Positions 43,932 through 52,105 of a stretch of 64,000 nucleotides of DNA are shown piece after piece. The stretch spans positions 3,285 through 67,284 of the forward strand of contig DATBJR010000043.1 in the NCBI GenBank assembly GCA_036556325.1. The letters run 5' to 3'. The position numbers and the translations under genes are program-made. How positions within the stretch are numbered: position 1 is the stretch's first letter; each line of letters begins with the position of its first letter. Source of the DNA: Candidatus Limnocylindria bacterium (GTDB lineage Bacteria; Chloroflexota; Limnocylindria; QHBO01). The notes beneath the pieces are model-generated. The model had not been told where the DNA came from. It searched no databases and saw nothing but the letters and a program-made list of their open reading frames with translations.

Positions 43932-44945
43932 ATGACGAGCGTGGTCGACGTCTGGCGCGCGATCGATCCCGAAGCGCGCCTGCTCGCCGGGCCCCCGACC
44001 GGGCTGGTCCGGCCGATTCGCTCCGTGCTGCGCAGCCGGGCGACGCCGCCGCATCTGCCCGATCCGGCCGAGGCGGCACTGCTGATCGTCGACGCAGCCG
44101 CGCTGGGGCTGCGCGACACCGCCGACCTGTTCGCCGCCCTGGCCGAGGCACGGCTCGAGCCGGCCGCCATCCTGCTGCCCGGCGCGGCGAGCCTGGATGT
44201 GGCCGATGCGCCGCTGCCAGTCCTTTCCAGCGCCCAGCCGATGACCCGTCTGGCCGCCGACGCGGCCGCCTACCTGGCCGACGAGCCCGGTTCCCTGGCG
44301 CGGCTGGCCATCGACCTGCGGCTGGCATGTGCCGAGGCGGCGCTGGCGGAGCCGCAGCTCTCGACACCGGCCGGTCTGGTCGCCGCCCGCCTGGACCGTG
44401 GCGTCGCAGTCGCCGTCGACGGCACGTTGGCGACCCTGCATCCGCGCTCGGCGGGCCGCGCACTCGCCGCCAGGTTCGCGGCGCTGCATGCCCGCCTCCT
44501 GTCGGCCGGCGGCGCCGGGTCGCGTGGACCACAGCGTCAGTCGCGTGAAGGCCTGTGGCTGGCCGAGGGCCGTATCCGCCACGGCGCCTCGGTCTGGCTG
44601 TTCGACGACCGGCCGCTGGCCGCGGTCGACGAGGTCGCGGTCGAGGCGCTGACCGCCACCTCGCGTGCCCTGCTGCGGCGGCCAGCGGCTGACGTGCTGT
44701 TGCGCCCCGCTCAGCGCGGCGTCCGGCCGGTGCCGGCGTCGCCGGCAGGGGATCCACTTGACGCCACCCTGCTGGCCGTGGCGCTGGCGAACGGTCGTGT
44801 GGCACCGGCGGCCCGGGCCCTGGGGGTGCATCGCAACACGGTGCTCTACCGGCTTCGTCGCGCCCGGGCGGAGCGCGGCGTCGACCCGCGCCTGCCAGAG
44901 GACGCGCTGCGGATCCTGACCGACCGAAGGTCGCCGCACGCATGA
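43932..44945 (+). CDS. PucR/CdaR-family transcriptional regulator
   Basis: A C-terminal PucR-type HTH (LLAVALANGRVAPAARALGVHRNTVLYRLRRA). The N-terminal domain is unassigned. Confidence 0.7.
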   Translation: MTSVVDVWRAIDPEARLLAGPPTGLVRPIRSVLRSRATPPHLPDPAEAALLIVDAAALGLRDTADLFAALAEARLEPAAILLPGAASLDVADAPLPVLSSAQPMTRLAADAAAYLADEPGSLARLAIDLRLACAEAALAEPQLSTPAGLVAARLDRGVAVAVDGTLATLHPRSAGRALAARFAALHARLLSAGGAGSRGPQRQSREGLWLAEGRIRHGASVWLFDDRPLAAVDEVAVEALTATSRALLRRPAADVLLRPAQRGVRPVPASPAGDPLDATLLAVALANGRVAPAARALGVHRNTVLYRLRRARAERGVDPRLPEDALRILTDRRSPHA

Positions 44946-44969
44946 CCAGCCGTTACTCGACGAGATCCG

Positions 44970-44986
44970 TTGTGCACACTGCACAA
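44970..44986. promoter_or_regulatory. perfect 7-bp inverted repeat TTGTGCA-cac-TGCACAA, 112 nt upstream of glnA and 25 nt after the PucR-regulator stop; candidate operator
   Basis: Read directly from the sequence. It is the only perfect palindrome of this size in the 152-nt intergenic region. Confidence 0.4.
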
Positions 44987-45097
44987 CAAATCAACGACGT
45001 CCAACGGCGAAGCCGCCGTGCCATCGGGCTCCGTGGCGCCTAGGCTCTACGGGTCCCATTCGGGGCAGCCATCCACACCAGAGGAGCCGATCGACCG

Positions 45098-46462
45098 ATG
45101 CCGTCCAAGGAGCTGAACGCCGCCCTGAAGCTGGCCGAGGAGCGCAACCTGCGCTTCGTCAGCCTGCAATTCACCGACATCGTGGGGGCGGTGAAATCGG
45201 TCCAGGTGCCGATGCACCAGCTCGAGGAGGCGGTCGAGCACGGGAAGTGGTTCGACGGCTCCAGCATCGAGGGCTTCGCCCGCATCGCCGAGTCGGACAT
45301 GTTCCTGGTGCCGGACCTGTCGACGTTCGCCGAGATCCCCTGGGAGCCGGGCCGCGAGCCCGACGGCAGCGAGCGCGCGACCGGTGCGGCGCGCGTCATC
45401 TGCGACGTCTTCACCCCCAATGGCGAGCCATTCCCCGGTGACCCGCGCTGGGTCCTGCGGCGGCAGCTCGATCGGGCCAAGCAGCTTGGCTACGTCCTGA
45501 ACACCGGGCCCGAGCTCGAGTTCTTCCTCCTGCGCCGCAGCGAGACCGACGTGGAGACGCTGCCGCACGACGCGGCCGGCTACTTCGACCTCTCCGAGGA
45601 CCTGGGGACCGAGGTTCGCAAGGAGATGATGAACGACCTCGAGGCCTTCGGGATCAAGGTCGAGACCGCGCACCACGAGGTCGCCACCGGCCAGCACGAG
45701 ATCGACTTCGAGTACGCCGATGCCCTCCGCACCGCCGACAACGCGGTGACCTTCAAGACCACGCTCAAGGCGGTGGCCGCCCGGCACGGGCTGTACGCGA
45801 CCTTCATGCCCAAGCCGTTCTTCGGCATGAACGGCAACGGCATGCACACCCACCAGAGCCTGTGGGACGTCAAGAAGGGTCGCAACGCCTTCGCCGACGA
45901 GAAGGACGACTACGGGCTGTCCGACACGGCCCGCAGCTACATCGCCGGCATCCTGGAGCACGCCCGCGGCATGATCGGGGTGCTGGCACCGCTGGTGAAC
46001 AGCTACAAGCGGCTGGTGCCCGGCTACGAGGCCCCGGTCTACATCGGCTGGGCCCGGATCAACCGCTCGGCACTGATCCGGATCCCGCAGATCAGCAAGG
46101 GCCAGATGAACTCGACCAGGATCGAGCTGCGCTGCCCGGACCCGTCCTCGAACCCGTACCTGGCCTTTGCCTGCATGCTGGCCGCCGGCCTGGATGGCAT
46201 CGAGCGCAAGCTCACGCCGCCGGCACCGGTCGAGGAGAATCTCTACCACTTCGATGCCGCCAAGCTGGCGAGCCGCAAGATCAGGCAGCTGCCAGGTACG
46301 CTGCGCGAGGCGCTGGACGAGCTCCAGGCCGATGCGGTCATCGGCGAGGCGCTCGGCGAGCACGTCTACGAGCGGTTCGTGGAGGCCAAGACCGAGGAGT
46401 GGGACGAGTACCGGATGCAGGTCACCTCGTGGGAGGTGGAGCGCTACCTGGAGGCCTTCTAG
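45098..46462 (+). CDS. glnA: glutamine synthetase, type I-alpha (GlnA, Bacillus-like short form)
   Basis: 454 aa. The N-terminus (RFVSLQFTDIVGAVKSVQVP..FDGSSIEGFARIAESDMFLVPD) and GS catalytic motifs (NGNGMHTHQSL, NSYKRLVPGYEAP) are present. Confidence 0.9.
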   Translation: MPSKELNAALKLAEERNLRFVSLQFTDIVGAVKSVQVPMHQLEEAVEHGKWFDGSSIEGFARIAESDMFLVPDLSTFAEIPWEPGREPDGSERATGAARVICDVFTPNGEPFPGDPRWVLRRQLDRAKQLGYVLNTGPELEFFLLRRSETDVETLPHDAAGYFDLSEDLGTEVRKEMMNDLEAFGIKVETAHHEVATGQHEIDFEYADALRTADNAVTFKTTLKAVAARHGLYATFMPKPFFGMNGNGMHTHQSLWDVKKGRNAFADEKDDYGLSDTARSYIAGILEHARGMIGVLAPLVNSYKRLVPGYEAPVYIGWARINRSALIRIPQISKGQMNSTRIELRCPDPSSNPYLAFACMLAAGLDGIERKLTPPAPVEENLYHFDAAKLASRKIRQLPGTLREALDELQADAVIGEALGEHVYERFVEAKTEEWDEYRMQVTSWEVERYLEAF

Positions 46463-46499
46463 CGACCACTCTCGCCCGGGCGTCTGCCCGCGCCCGCAG

Positions 46500-47660
46500 G
46501 TGAGCGGGCTCCGCCTCGCCTTCCTGGGTGATCCTGGGAGCGTTCACCTGCACCGCTGGCTGGCCGCGTTCGTCGCGCGTGGTCATGCCGTCTGCCTCCT
46601 CGAGCCGCACGGCCACCCGGCTGACGATGCCGGACCGCCCGCCGGCGTCGAGCGACTGCAGTTCCGCTCGGTCCAGGCCGACCGCTCGCCGATGGGTTTG
46701 TGGCGGGCGCGCGCCGACCTGCGGCGCACCCTGGCCGCCTGGCGGCCGCACGTGCTGCACGCGCACTACGCCCGCAGCCCGGCCTGGCACGCCTGGCTGT
46801 CGGGGTGGCGACCCTACGTGGTGACGGTGTGGGGCTCGGAAGTCCTGCGTGCAGCCGAGATGCCGCGGCTCGGACGGCTGTTCACGCGGCTGGCGCTGCG
46901 TGACGCGGCGCTGGTGACGGCCGGCACGGAGCAGCTCGCGGCGGCGGCCGTGCGCCTGGGCGCGCGCCCCGAGCGCGTGCGCCATGCCGAGTTCGGGATC
47001 GACACCCTGCGCTTCCACCCCGGGATGGCAGGCGCGCAGCGCGCCGAGTTGCGGGCCGAGCTGGGGCTCGGCGACGCCCGGGTGGTCGTCTCGCCGCGCA
47101 TCCTGGCTCCGCTGTACCGGCACGAAGTGGTGATCGAGGCGCTGGCGCGCATGCCCGCGGACGTGCTGGTCCTCTCCAGCGGCATGCGGGCCGATCCCGC
47201 CGAGCGCCAGCGGCTCGAGGCGCTGGCGCGGCAGCTCGGCGTCGCCGAACGATGGCGCATCTTGCCGGCCATGGACGCCGATCGGATGGCGGACCTCTAC
47301 CGCCTGGCCGATGTGGTCGTGTCCGTACCCGAGAGCGACGCGATGCCACAGAGCGTGATGGAGGCCATGGCCACCGGGACGCCGGCGGTCGTCAGCGACC
47401 TGCCTGATCCGCGCGGGTGGCTTGGCGACCTGACACCGCAGCTGATCGTGCCGGTGGGTGACGCCGCCGCGACCGCGGCGGCAATGCAGCGTGCGCTGGC
47501 CCTGTCAGGCGGGGAGCGGCGCGCCTTGGGCGAGGAGCTGCGCCAACGCGTCATCGAGCGCGCCGACGCGACACGCAGCATGGACGAGGTGGAGGGCTGG
47601 TACCGCGAGCTGGCGGAGGCTCGCCACGGGCGCCGTGGCGGGCGGGCTGGCGCCGGATGA
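46500..47660 (+). CDS. GT4-family glycosyltransferase
   Basis: A GT-B C-terminal region (PESDAMPQSVMEAMATGTPAVVSD). A GTG start at 46500 is chosen. The upstream part of the track ORF overlaps the glnA 3' end. Confidence 0.8.
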   Translation: MSGLRLAFLGDPGSVHLHRWLAAFVARGHAVCLLEPHGHPADDAGPPAGVERLQFRSVQADRSPMGLWRARADLRRTLAAWRPHVLHAHYARSPAWHAWLSGWRPYVVTVWGSEVLRAAEMPRLGRLFTRLALRDAALVTAGTEQLAAAAVRLGARPERVRHAEFGIDTLRFHPGMAGAQRAELRAELGLGDARVVVSPRILAPLYRHEVVIEALARMPADVLVLSSGMRADPAERQRLEALARQLGVAERWRILPAMDADRMADLYRLADVVVSVPESDAMPQSVMEAMATGTPAVVSDLPDPRGWLGDLTPQLIVPVGDAAATAAAMQRALALSGGERRALGEELRQRVIERADATRSMDEVEGWYRELAEARHGRRGGRAGAG

Positions 47661-48985
47661 GCGACCGTCCCAGCTTCGGCTCGCAGGTGGCGCGGGTCTA
47701 CGCTGCGCGACTGGTGCAGTTCGGCTGCACGGTGGCGGTGGCCTTCCTGCTGGCTCGCCTGCTCGGGCCGAGCGGTCGCGGGGAGTACTCGCTCCTGCTG
47801 CTCCTGCCCTCCACGCTGTTTGCGCTGGGCCAGCTGGGGCTGCCGTCGGCCCTGACCTACTTCGCCGGCAGCGGGCGTTCGGTGGCCTCGCTGGCGGCGG
47901 CGGCCGCGGTGGTCGCCACCGTGCTGTCCGCCGTCCTGGTGGCCGGCAGCTTGGCGGCCCTGCCGACCCTGCACCCCGCGCTGTTCGCCGCCGCCCCGCT
48001 GGGGCTCCTGCAGGTCGCCACCGTGGCGCTGCCGATCCTGCTGGCCACCTCGTTCTTCGGCTCCATCCTGTGGGGCCGACAGCTGGTGCGGCCGTACAGC
48101 CGCGTGCTGGCGAGCCAGTCGCTCGGCTGGCTGCTGGCGGTCATCGGCCTGGTGGGCGTGGCCCACCTGGGGGTGACCGGCGCGCTGTCGGCGTACCTGC
48201 TGGTGACCGGGGTGGGCGCCGCGGCAGTGGTGGTGCTCGTACTCCGTGAGCGGTCGCGCGCGGCCGCCGATGAGCCGCCCGCCGGGGCCGTCAACCTCGG
48301 CGCGTTGCTGGGGTACGGCCTGCGCCTCTACCCCGCCGGCGTGTCGACCTTCCTGAGCTACCGCGCCGACCTCTTCCTGCTCAGCGCGCTGCGCGGCGAC
48401 GCGGCGGCCATTGGCCTGTACGCCCTGGCAGTGTCACTGGCCGAGATCACCTTCCAGGTCCCGGACTCGGTGGCCACCCTCTTCTATCCGCGGGTGGCCG
48501 GCGCCGAGCGGGAGGAGGCGGACCGCCTGGCGCCCTCGATCGCACGCTTCAGCCTGCTGCTCACCGGCCTCGCCGCCGTGGCGCTCATCCCGATGGCGTG
48601 GCTGGCCATCCGGATCGTGCTGCCGGGCTACGACGGCAGCCTGCTGCCCTTCCTGCTGCTGCTGCCCGGCACGGTGGCGCTGGGGCTGTCGAAGGTGCTG
48701 TCGGGCTACATCTCGGGGCTTGGGCGGCCCGAGCCGGTGGGCATCATCGCGATGGTGGCGCTGGGGGTGAACCTGGTCGTCAACGTCGTCCTCATCCCGC
48801 CGCTGGGCATCGCCGGCGCCGCACTGGCCTCGATGATCTCGTACAGCCTGCACGCCGCGCTGACCGTGTGGCTGGCCAGCCGTCTGTCAGGCGTCCGGCC
48901 GCTGGAATTCGTCACGCCCGGACGGGCCGAGGTCAGCCGGCTGGTCGAGCGGCTCGCCAGCCTCTGGCCCAGCCGCGCCGGCTGA
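47657..48985 (+). CDS. Wzx-type oligosaccharide flippase (MOP superfamily polysaccharide biosynthesis protein)
   Basis: 12-14 predicted TM helices of PST-family type. The ATG overlaps the upstream GT4 stop (ATGA). Confidence 0.75.
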   Translation: MSDRPSFGSQVARVYAARLVQFGCTVAVAFLLARLLGPSGRGEYSLLLLLPSTLFALGQLGLPSALTYFAGSGRSVASLAAAAAVVATVLSAVLVAGSLAALPTLHPALFAAAPLGLLQVATVALPILLATSFFGSILWGRQLVRPYSRVLASQSLGWLLAVIGLVGVAHLGVTGALSAYLLVTGVGAAAVVVLVLRERSRAAADEPPAGAVNLGALLGYGLRLYPAGVSTFLSYRADLFLLSALRGDAAAIGLYALAVSLAEITFQVPDSVATLFYPRVAGAEREEADRLAPSIARFSLLLTGLAAVALIPMAWLAIRIVLPGYDGSLLPFLLLLPGTVALGLSKVLSGYISGLGRPEPVGIIAMVALGVNLVVNVVLIPPLGIAGAALASMISYSLHAALTVWLASRLSGVRPLEFVTPGRAEVSRLVERLASLWPSRAG

Positions 48986-50461
48986 GGCCGCCCGCCCGCC
49001 CGGCAGCGACCAGGCCAGGCCCGCCAGCAGCGCCACCGCCAGGACGTCGCCGTTCATGGTCCGGTAGGGCCGATACAGGTCGTTGCCGAACAGGGTGGCC
49101 ATGGCCACGAACCCGATCAGCGCCAGGGCCACCGCGACGCCGGTGATGCGCTCGGGTGCGATCGTCGATCGGCGTGTCCCCAGCGCACGCCAGAGGACCA
49201 ACGCCAGGCCGATGGCGGCCAGCAGCGCGAACGGCAGCCCGTACTCGGCGGCCAGGTTCGGCAGCAGGTTGTGGGCGGACTGCAGCTCCGGCACGCTGGC
49301 ATCCGGGCGGATGCGCTCGAACTCGGCCTGAAACCCCCCTGGCCCCACGCCGAGCAGCGGGGACTGCGCGGTGATCTCGGCGGCGGCGCCCACGGCTTCC
49401 AGCCGAATGCCGATGGAGCCCGAGCCGTTGTACGTGTCCGGATCCCAGGATTCGACACGCCCCTCGCCCTGCATCCCGACCAGCAGCGACTCGTAGGCGG
49501 CGGCCACTCCGGGCGCGACGACGCGAAGGGCTGCCAGTGGGTAGGGAACCACCACCGCCAGCAGCAGCGCGATCACCGCCAGCAGCGCCAGGCGACGCCG
49601 CCAGCCGCGCACCAGCAGCAGCACCATCAGCGCAGCCACCAGCGCTGCCGAGAGCCAGGCACTCTTCGTGTACGTGAAGAACAGCGCGAGGATGATGAGG
49701 CCGATCGCGGCCCAGCCGACAAGGGTCGCGACCCGGCGCCGGCTGGCCCAGGGCCACGCGAACACGACGCTGGCGGCCGCCGGCAGGGCAACCACCAGCA
49801 TCGTGCCGAAGATGCCGACGTTGAAGTAGGTCAGCCGCGCGAACAGCATGCGCTGCTCGTACAGGTCGCGGGGCCCCACCACGATCAGCAGCCAGGCGAA
49901 GTTGAGGAGCGTGGCGACCACCACTCCGGCCGCCACCGCCAGCAGCGCGGCGGACACCTGGCGCAGGGTGGGCCGCAGGGCGAAGGCGACCGCGAACAGC
50001 GCGAGCGGCTCCAGCACGCCGTGCAGCGTGATGTTGACCGCGTCGTCGCGGGAGGGCGCGGCCAGCGTCGCGACCACGGCAAGGCCGGCTCCCAGGATCA
50101 TTGCGATCCAGGTCGGCCACCGGTTCCGCTCCTCAGCACGATCAGGGGTGCGGTCGAGCAGCGCGCCGACCGCCAGCGCTGCGATCACGATCGTCGCCGG
50201 CAGGACCTGGACAGGGCCGACCACCGCCTCGGCGCGCGCGACGTTGACGATGGGCAGGGCGGCCGCCAACAGCAGCAGCCCGGACCAGGGCCGAGCCACC
50301 GCCAGGACGACCATCGCCGCCGCCAGCGTCGCCGCCACCACGGCGGCCGCCACGCCGAGCGCCGGGGGCGCCTCGACCGGCCGGTAGGCACCGGCCATGG
50401 CCAGGGCGGCCACCGCGAGGGCCAGCGCGCCACCGGCAGTCCAGCGCACGGCGGTCGTCAC
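48887..50461 (-). CDS. O-antigen ligase/polymerase (Wzy_C domain) family membrane protein
   Basis: Polytopic membrane protein with a Wzy_C-like core (FFTYTKSAWLSAALVAALMVLLLV) and a periplasmic loop. The GTG start at 50461 overlaps the upstream GT4 stop (GTGA). The 3' end overlaps the convergent Wzx by ~100 nt, so one of the two ends may be shorter. Confidence 0.65.
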   Translation of the reverse strand: MTTAVRWTAGGALALAVAALAMAGAYRPVEAPPALGVAAAVVAATLAAAMVVLAVARPWSGLLLLAAALPIVNVARAEAVVGPVQVLPATIVIAALAVGALLDRTPDRAEERNRWPTWIAMILGAGLAVVATLAAPSRDDAVNITLHGVLEPLALFAVAFALRPTLRQVSAALLAVAAGVVVATLLNFAWLLIVVGPRDLYEQRMLFARLTYFNVGIFGTMLVVALPAAASVVFAWPWASRRRVATLVGWAAIGLIILALFFTYTKSAWLSAALVAALMVLLLVRGWRRRLALLAVIALLLAVVVPYPLAALRVVAPGVAAAYESLLVGMQGEGRVESWDPDTYNGSGSIGIRLEAVGAAAEITAQSPLLGVGPGGFQAEFERIRPDASVPELQSAHNLLPNLAAEYGLPFALLAAIGLALVLWRALGTRRSTIAPERITGVAVALALIGFVAMATLFGNDLYRPYRTMNGDVLAVALLAGLAWSLPGGRAASAGAAGPEAGEPLDQPADLGPSGRDEFQRPDA

Positions 50462-51513
50462 GTGAGCCGCTCGACGATCTCGGCCGCCCGGTCGTCCCAC
50501 GTCGAACCGGGCGCCACCGCGAGCGCGCGTGCCGCGGCAGCCAGCCGCTCGGCGAGCGCGGCGTCGCGCAGGACCGACAGCAGGCCGGCCGCGATGGCGG
50601 CGGCGTCATCGGCCACCAGCAGTCCTGCGCCCGACGGCGCCAGCAGGGCAGCCGTCTCGGCCGCCGCGGTGGCGACCACCGGCTTGCCCAGTGACAGGTA
50701 GTCGGCCAGTTTCACCGGCCGCGCCAGGTCGGTGTAGCGGTTGATCGGCCTGGGGATCACGCAGGCGCGCGCTGCCCCAAGCAGTCGCGGCAGGTCGCCC
50801 CGGCTGCCGGCCACGAGGTCGACCCAGTCCGGCAGGCTGCCGGCCGTGGAGCCGCTGACCACCAGCAGCCGCGCCGCCGGCAGCTCGGCGCGCACCAGCG
50901 CCATGGCGTCGAGCAGGCGGTCGAAGCCGTCGGCCGCGTTCAGGGCGCCGACGTAGGCCACGATTGGCTGTTCCCCGGCGCCCAGGTCCGGCTGCCGCGG
51001 ATCGGTCCCTGGCGGCAGGAGCACCGCTCGACGCAGCCGCAGGGCCGTCGCAAGGCCCGACGACGGGGCGAAGGGCACCGTGGCCAGCCGGCGCAGGAGG
51101 CGGATGCTGAAGCGCCAAGCCAGGTCGGACAGACGCTGGCGGAACGAGCCGGGCGGGTAGAGATCGCGGAAGAGCTGGTAGGCGTCACGAAAGTAGATCC
51201 CCACCGGGCGCCGCATGGCCCGCGCGGCGGCGAGTGCCAGCAGGTCCCATGGCATGCTGGCGCCGGTGGGCGACTCCACGTAGACGGCATCCACCCGGCG
51301 GAGCTGCCAGAGCACGTTGGGCAGGGCCGCGAGGCGCTGCCAGCGGCCGCGATCGGCGCGGACGAGGCGAGCTCGGCGCTCCAGGGCGTCGGCCAGCAGC
51401 GCGATCCGCACCCGCGGGGCGCTGGCCGGGATCCTGGCGTCGTACATGCCGTACAGCAGCAGGCTGGGGCGCCGGGGTGGCGAGTCGCGATGAGGCGCAG
51501 AGCCGTTGGCCAT
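50458..51513 (-). CDS. GT4-family glycosyltransferase
   Basis: A GT-B C-terminal segment (RPVKLADYLSLGKPVVATAAAE). The start is set to the ATG at 51513, 10 nt after the ppa stop. The longer track ORF reads through ppa in another frame. Confidence 0.75.
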   Translation of the reverse strand: MANGSAPHRDSPPRRPSLLLYGMYDARIPASAPRVRIALLADALERRARLVRADRGRWQRLAALPNVLWQLRRVDAVYVESPTGASMPWDLLALAAARAMRRPVGIYFRDAYQLFRDLYPPGSFRQRLSDLAWRFSIRLLRRLATVPFAPSSGLATALRLRRAVLLPPGTDPRQPDLGAGEQPIVAYVGALNAADGFDRLLDAMALVRAELPAARLLVVSGSTAGSLPDWVDLVAGSRGDLPRLLGAARACVIPRPINRYTDLARPVKLADYLSLGKPVVATAAAETAALLAPSGAGLLVADDAAAIAAGLLSVLRDAALAERLAAAARALAVAPGSTWDDRAAEIVERLT

Positions 51514-51523
51514 GCGAACGCGC

Positions 51524-52078
51524 CTAGCGCCAGGTGCCGGGGTTGGCCGCCTCGCCCTCGCTGTCGGTGCCGCGGCGCCCGGCCTCCGCGGCGGCGTCGA
51601 TGATGCGCCACGCCTCCTCCACGCCCAGCCAGCCGGAAACCTCGGTCGGACGACCCTCCAGCTCCTTGTAGATATCGAAGAAGTTTTCGATCTCACGCAG
51701 GCGATGCGGCGAGAGGTCCTCGAGCGTCTCGGTCTCGTCCCAGCGAGGGTCGTCGTGGGCCACGGCCAGGATCTTGAAGTCGTGGCCCTTCTCGTCCTTC
51801 ATGTCCAGCACGCCGACCGGGCGGGCGCGGACGATGCAGCCGGGGAAGGTCGGCTCGCTGATCACCACCAGGACGTCCAGCGGGTCGCCGTCATCGGCCA
51901 GGCTGCCATCGATGAACCCGTAGTCGCACGGATAGTGCACGCTCGAGTACAGCACGCGATCGAGGACGAATCGGTGCCGCGCGTGGTCGTACTCGTACTT
52001 GTTGCGGCTGCCGGAGGGAATCTCGACGGTGACCTGGATCGGCTCGCGCGCTGGCCCCATGGCGCGAGTATGCGGCAT
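51524..52078 (-). CDS. ppa: inorganic pyrophosphatase (family I)
   Basis: EIPSGSRNKYEYD, DGDPLDVLV and FKILAVAHDDPRWDE motifs. The alternative start MGPARE is 6 codons in. Confidence 0.9.
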   Translation of the reverse strand: MPHTRAMGPAREPIQVTVEIPSGSRNKYEYDHARHRFVLDRVLYSSVHYPCDYGFIDGSLADDGDPLDVLVVISEPTFPGCIVRARPVGVLDMKDEKGHDFKILAVAHDDPRWDETETLEDLSPHRLREIENFFDIYKELEGRPTEVSGWLGVEEAWRIIDAAAEAGRRGTDSEGEAANPGTWR

Positions 52079-52105
52079 GGGACCCGGTGGCGGCCGTGGT
52101 CGAAC

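Noticed and set aside
45098-46462. Alternative call of the GS-like gene as a gamma-glutamyl-polyamine/other GS-family ligase involved in polymer decoration
   Set aside because: N-terminal and catalytic motifs match bona fide GSI-alpha glutamine synthetase closely. The alternative is kept only as a speculative note in the findings.
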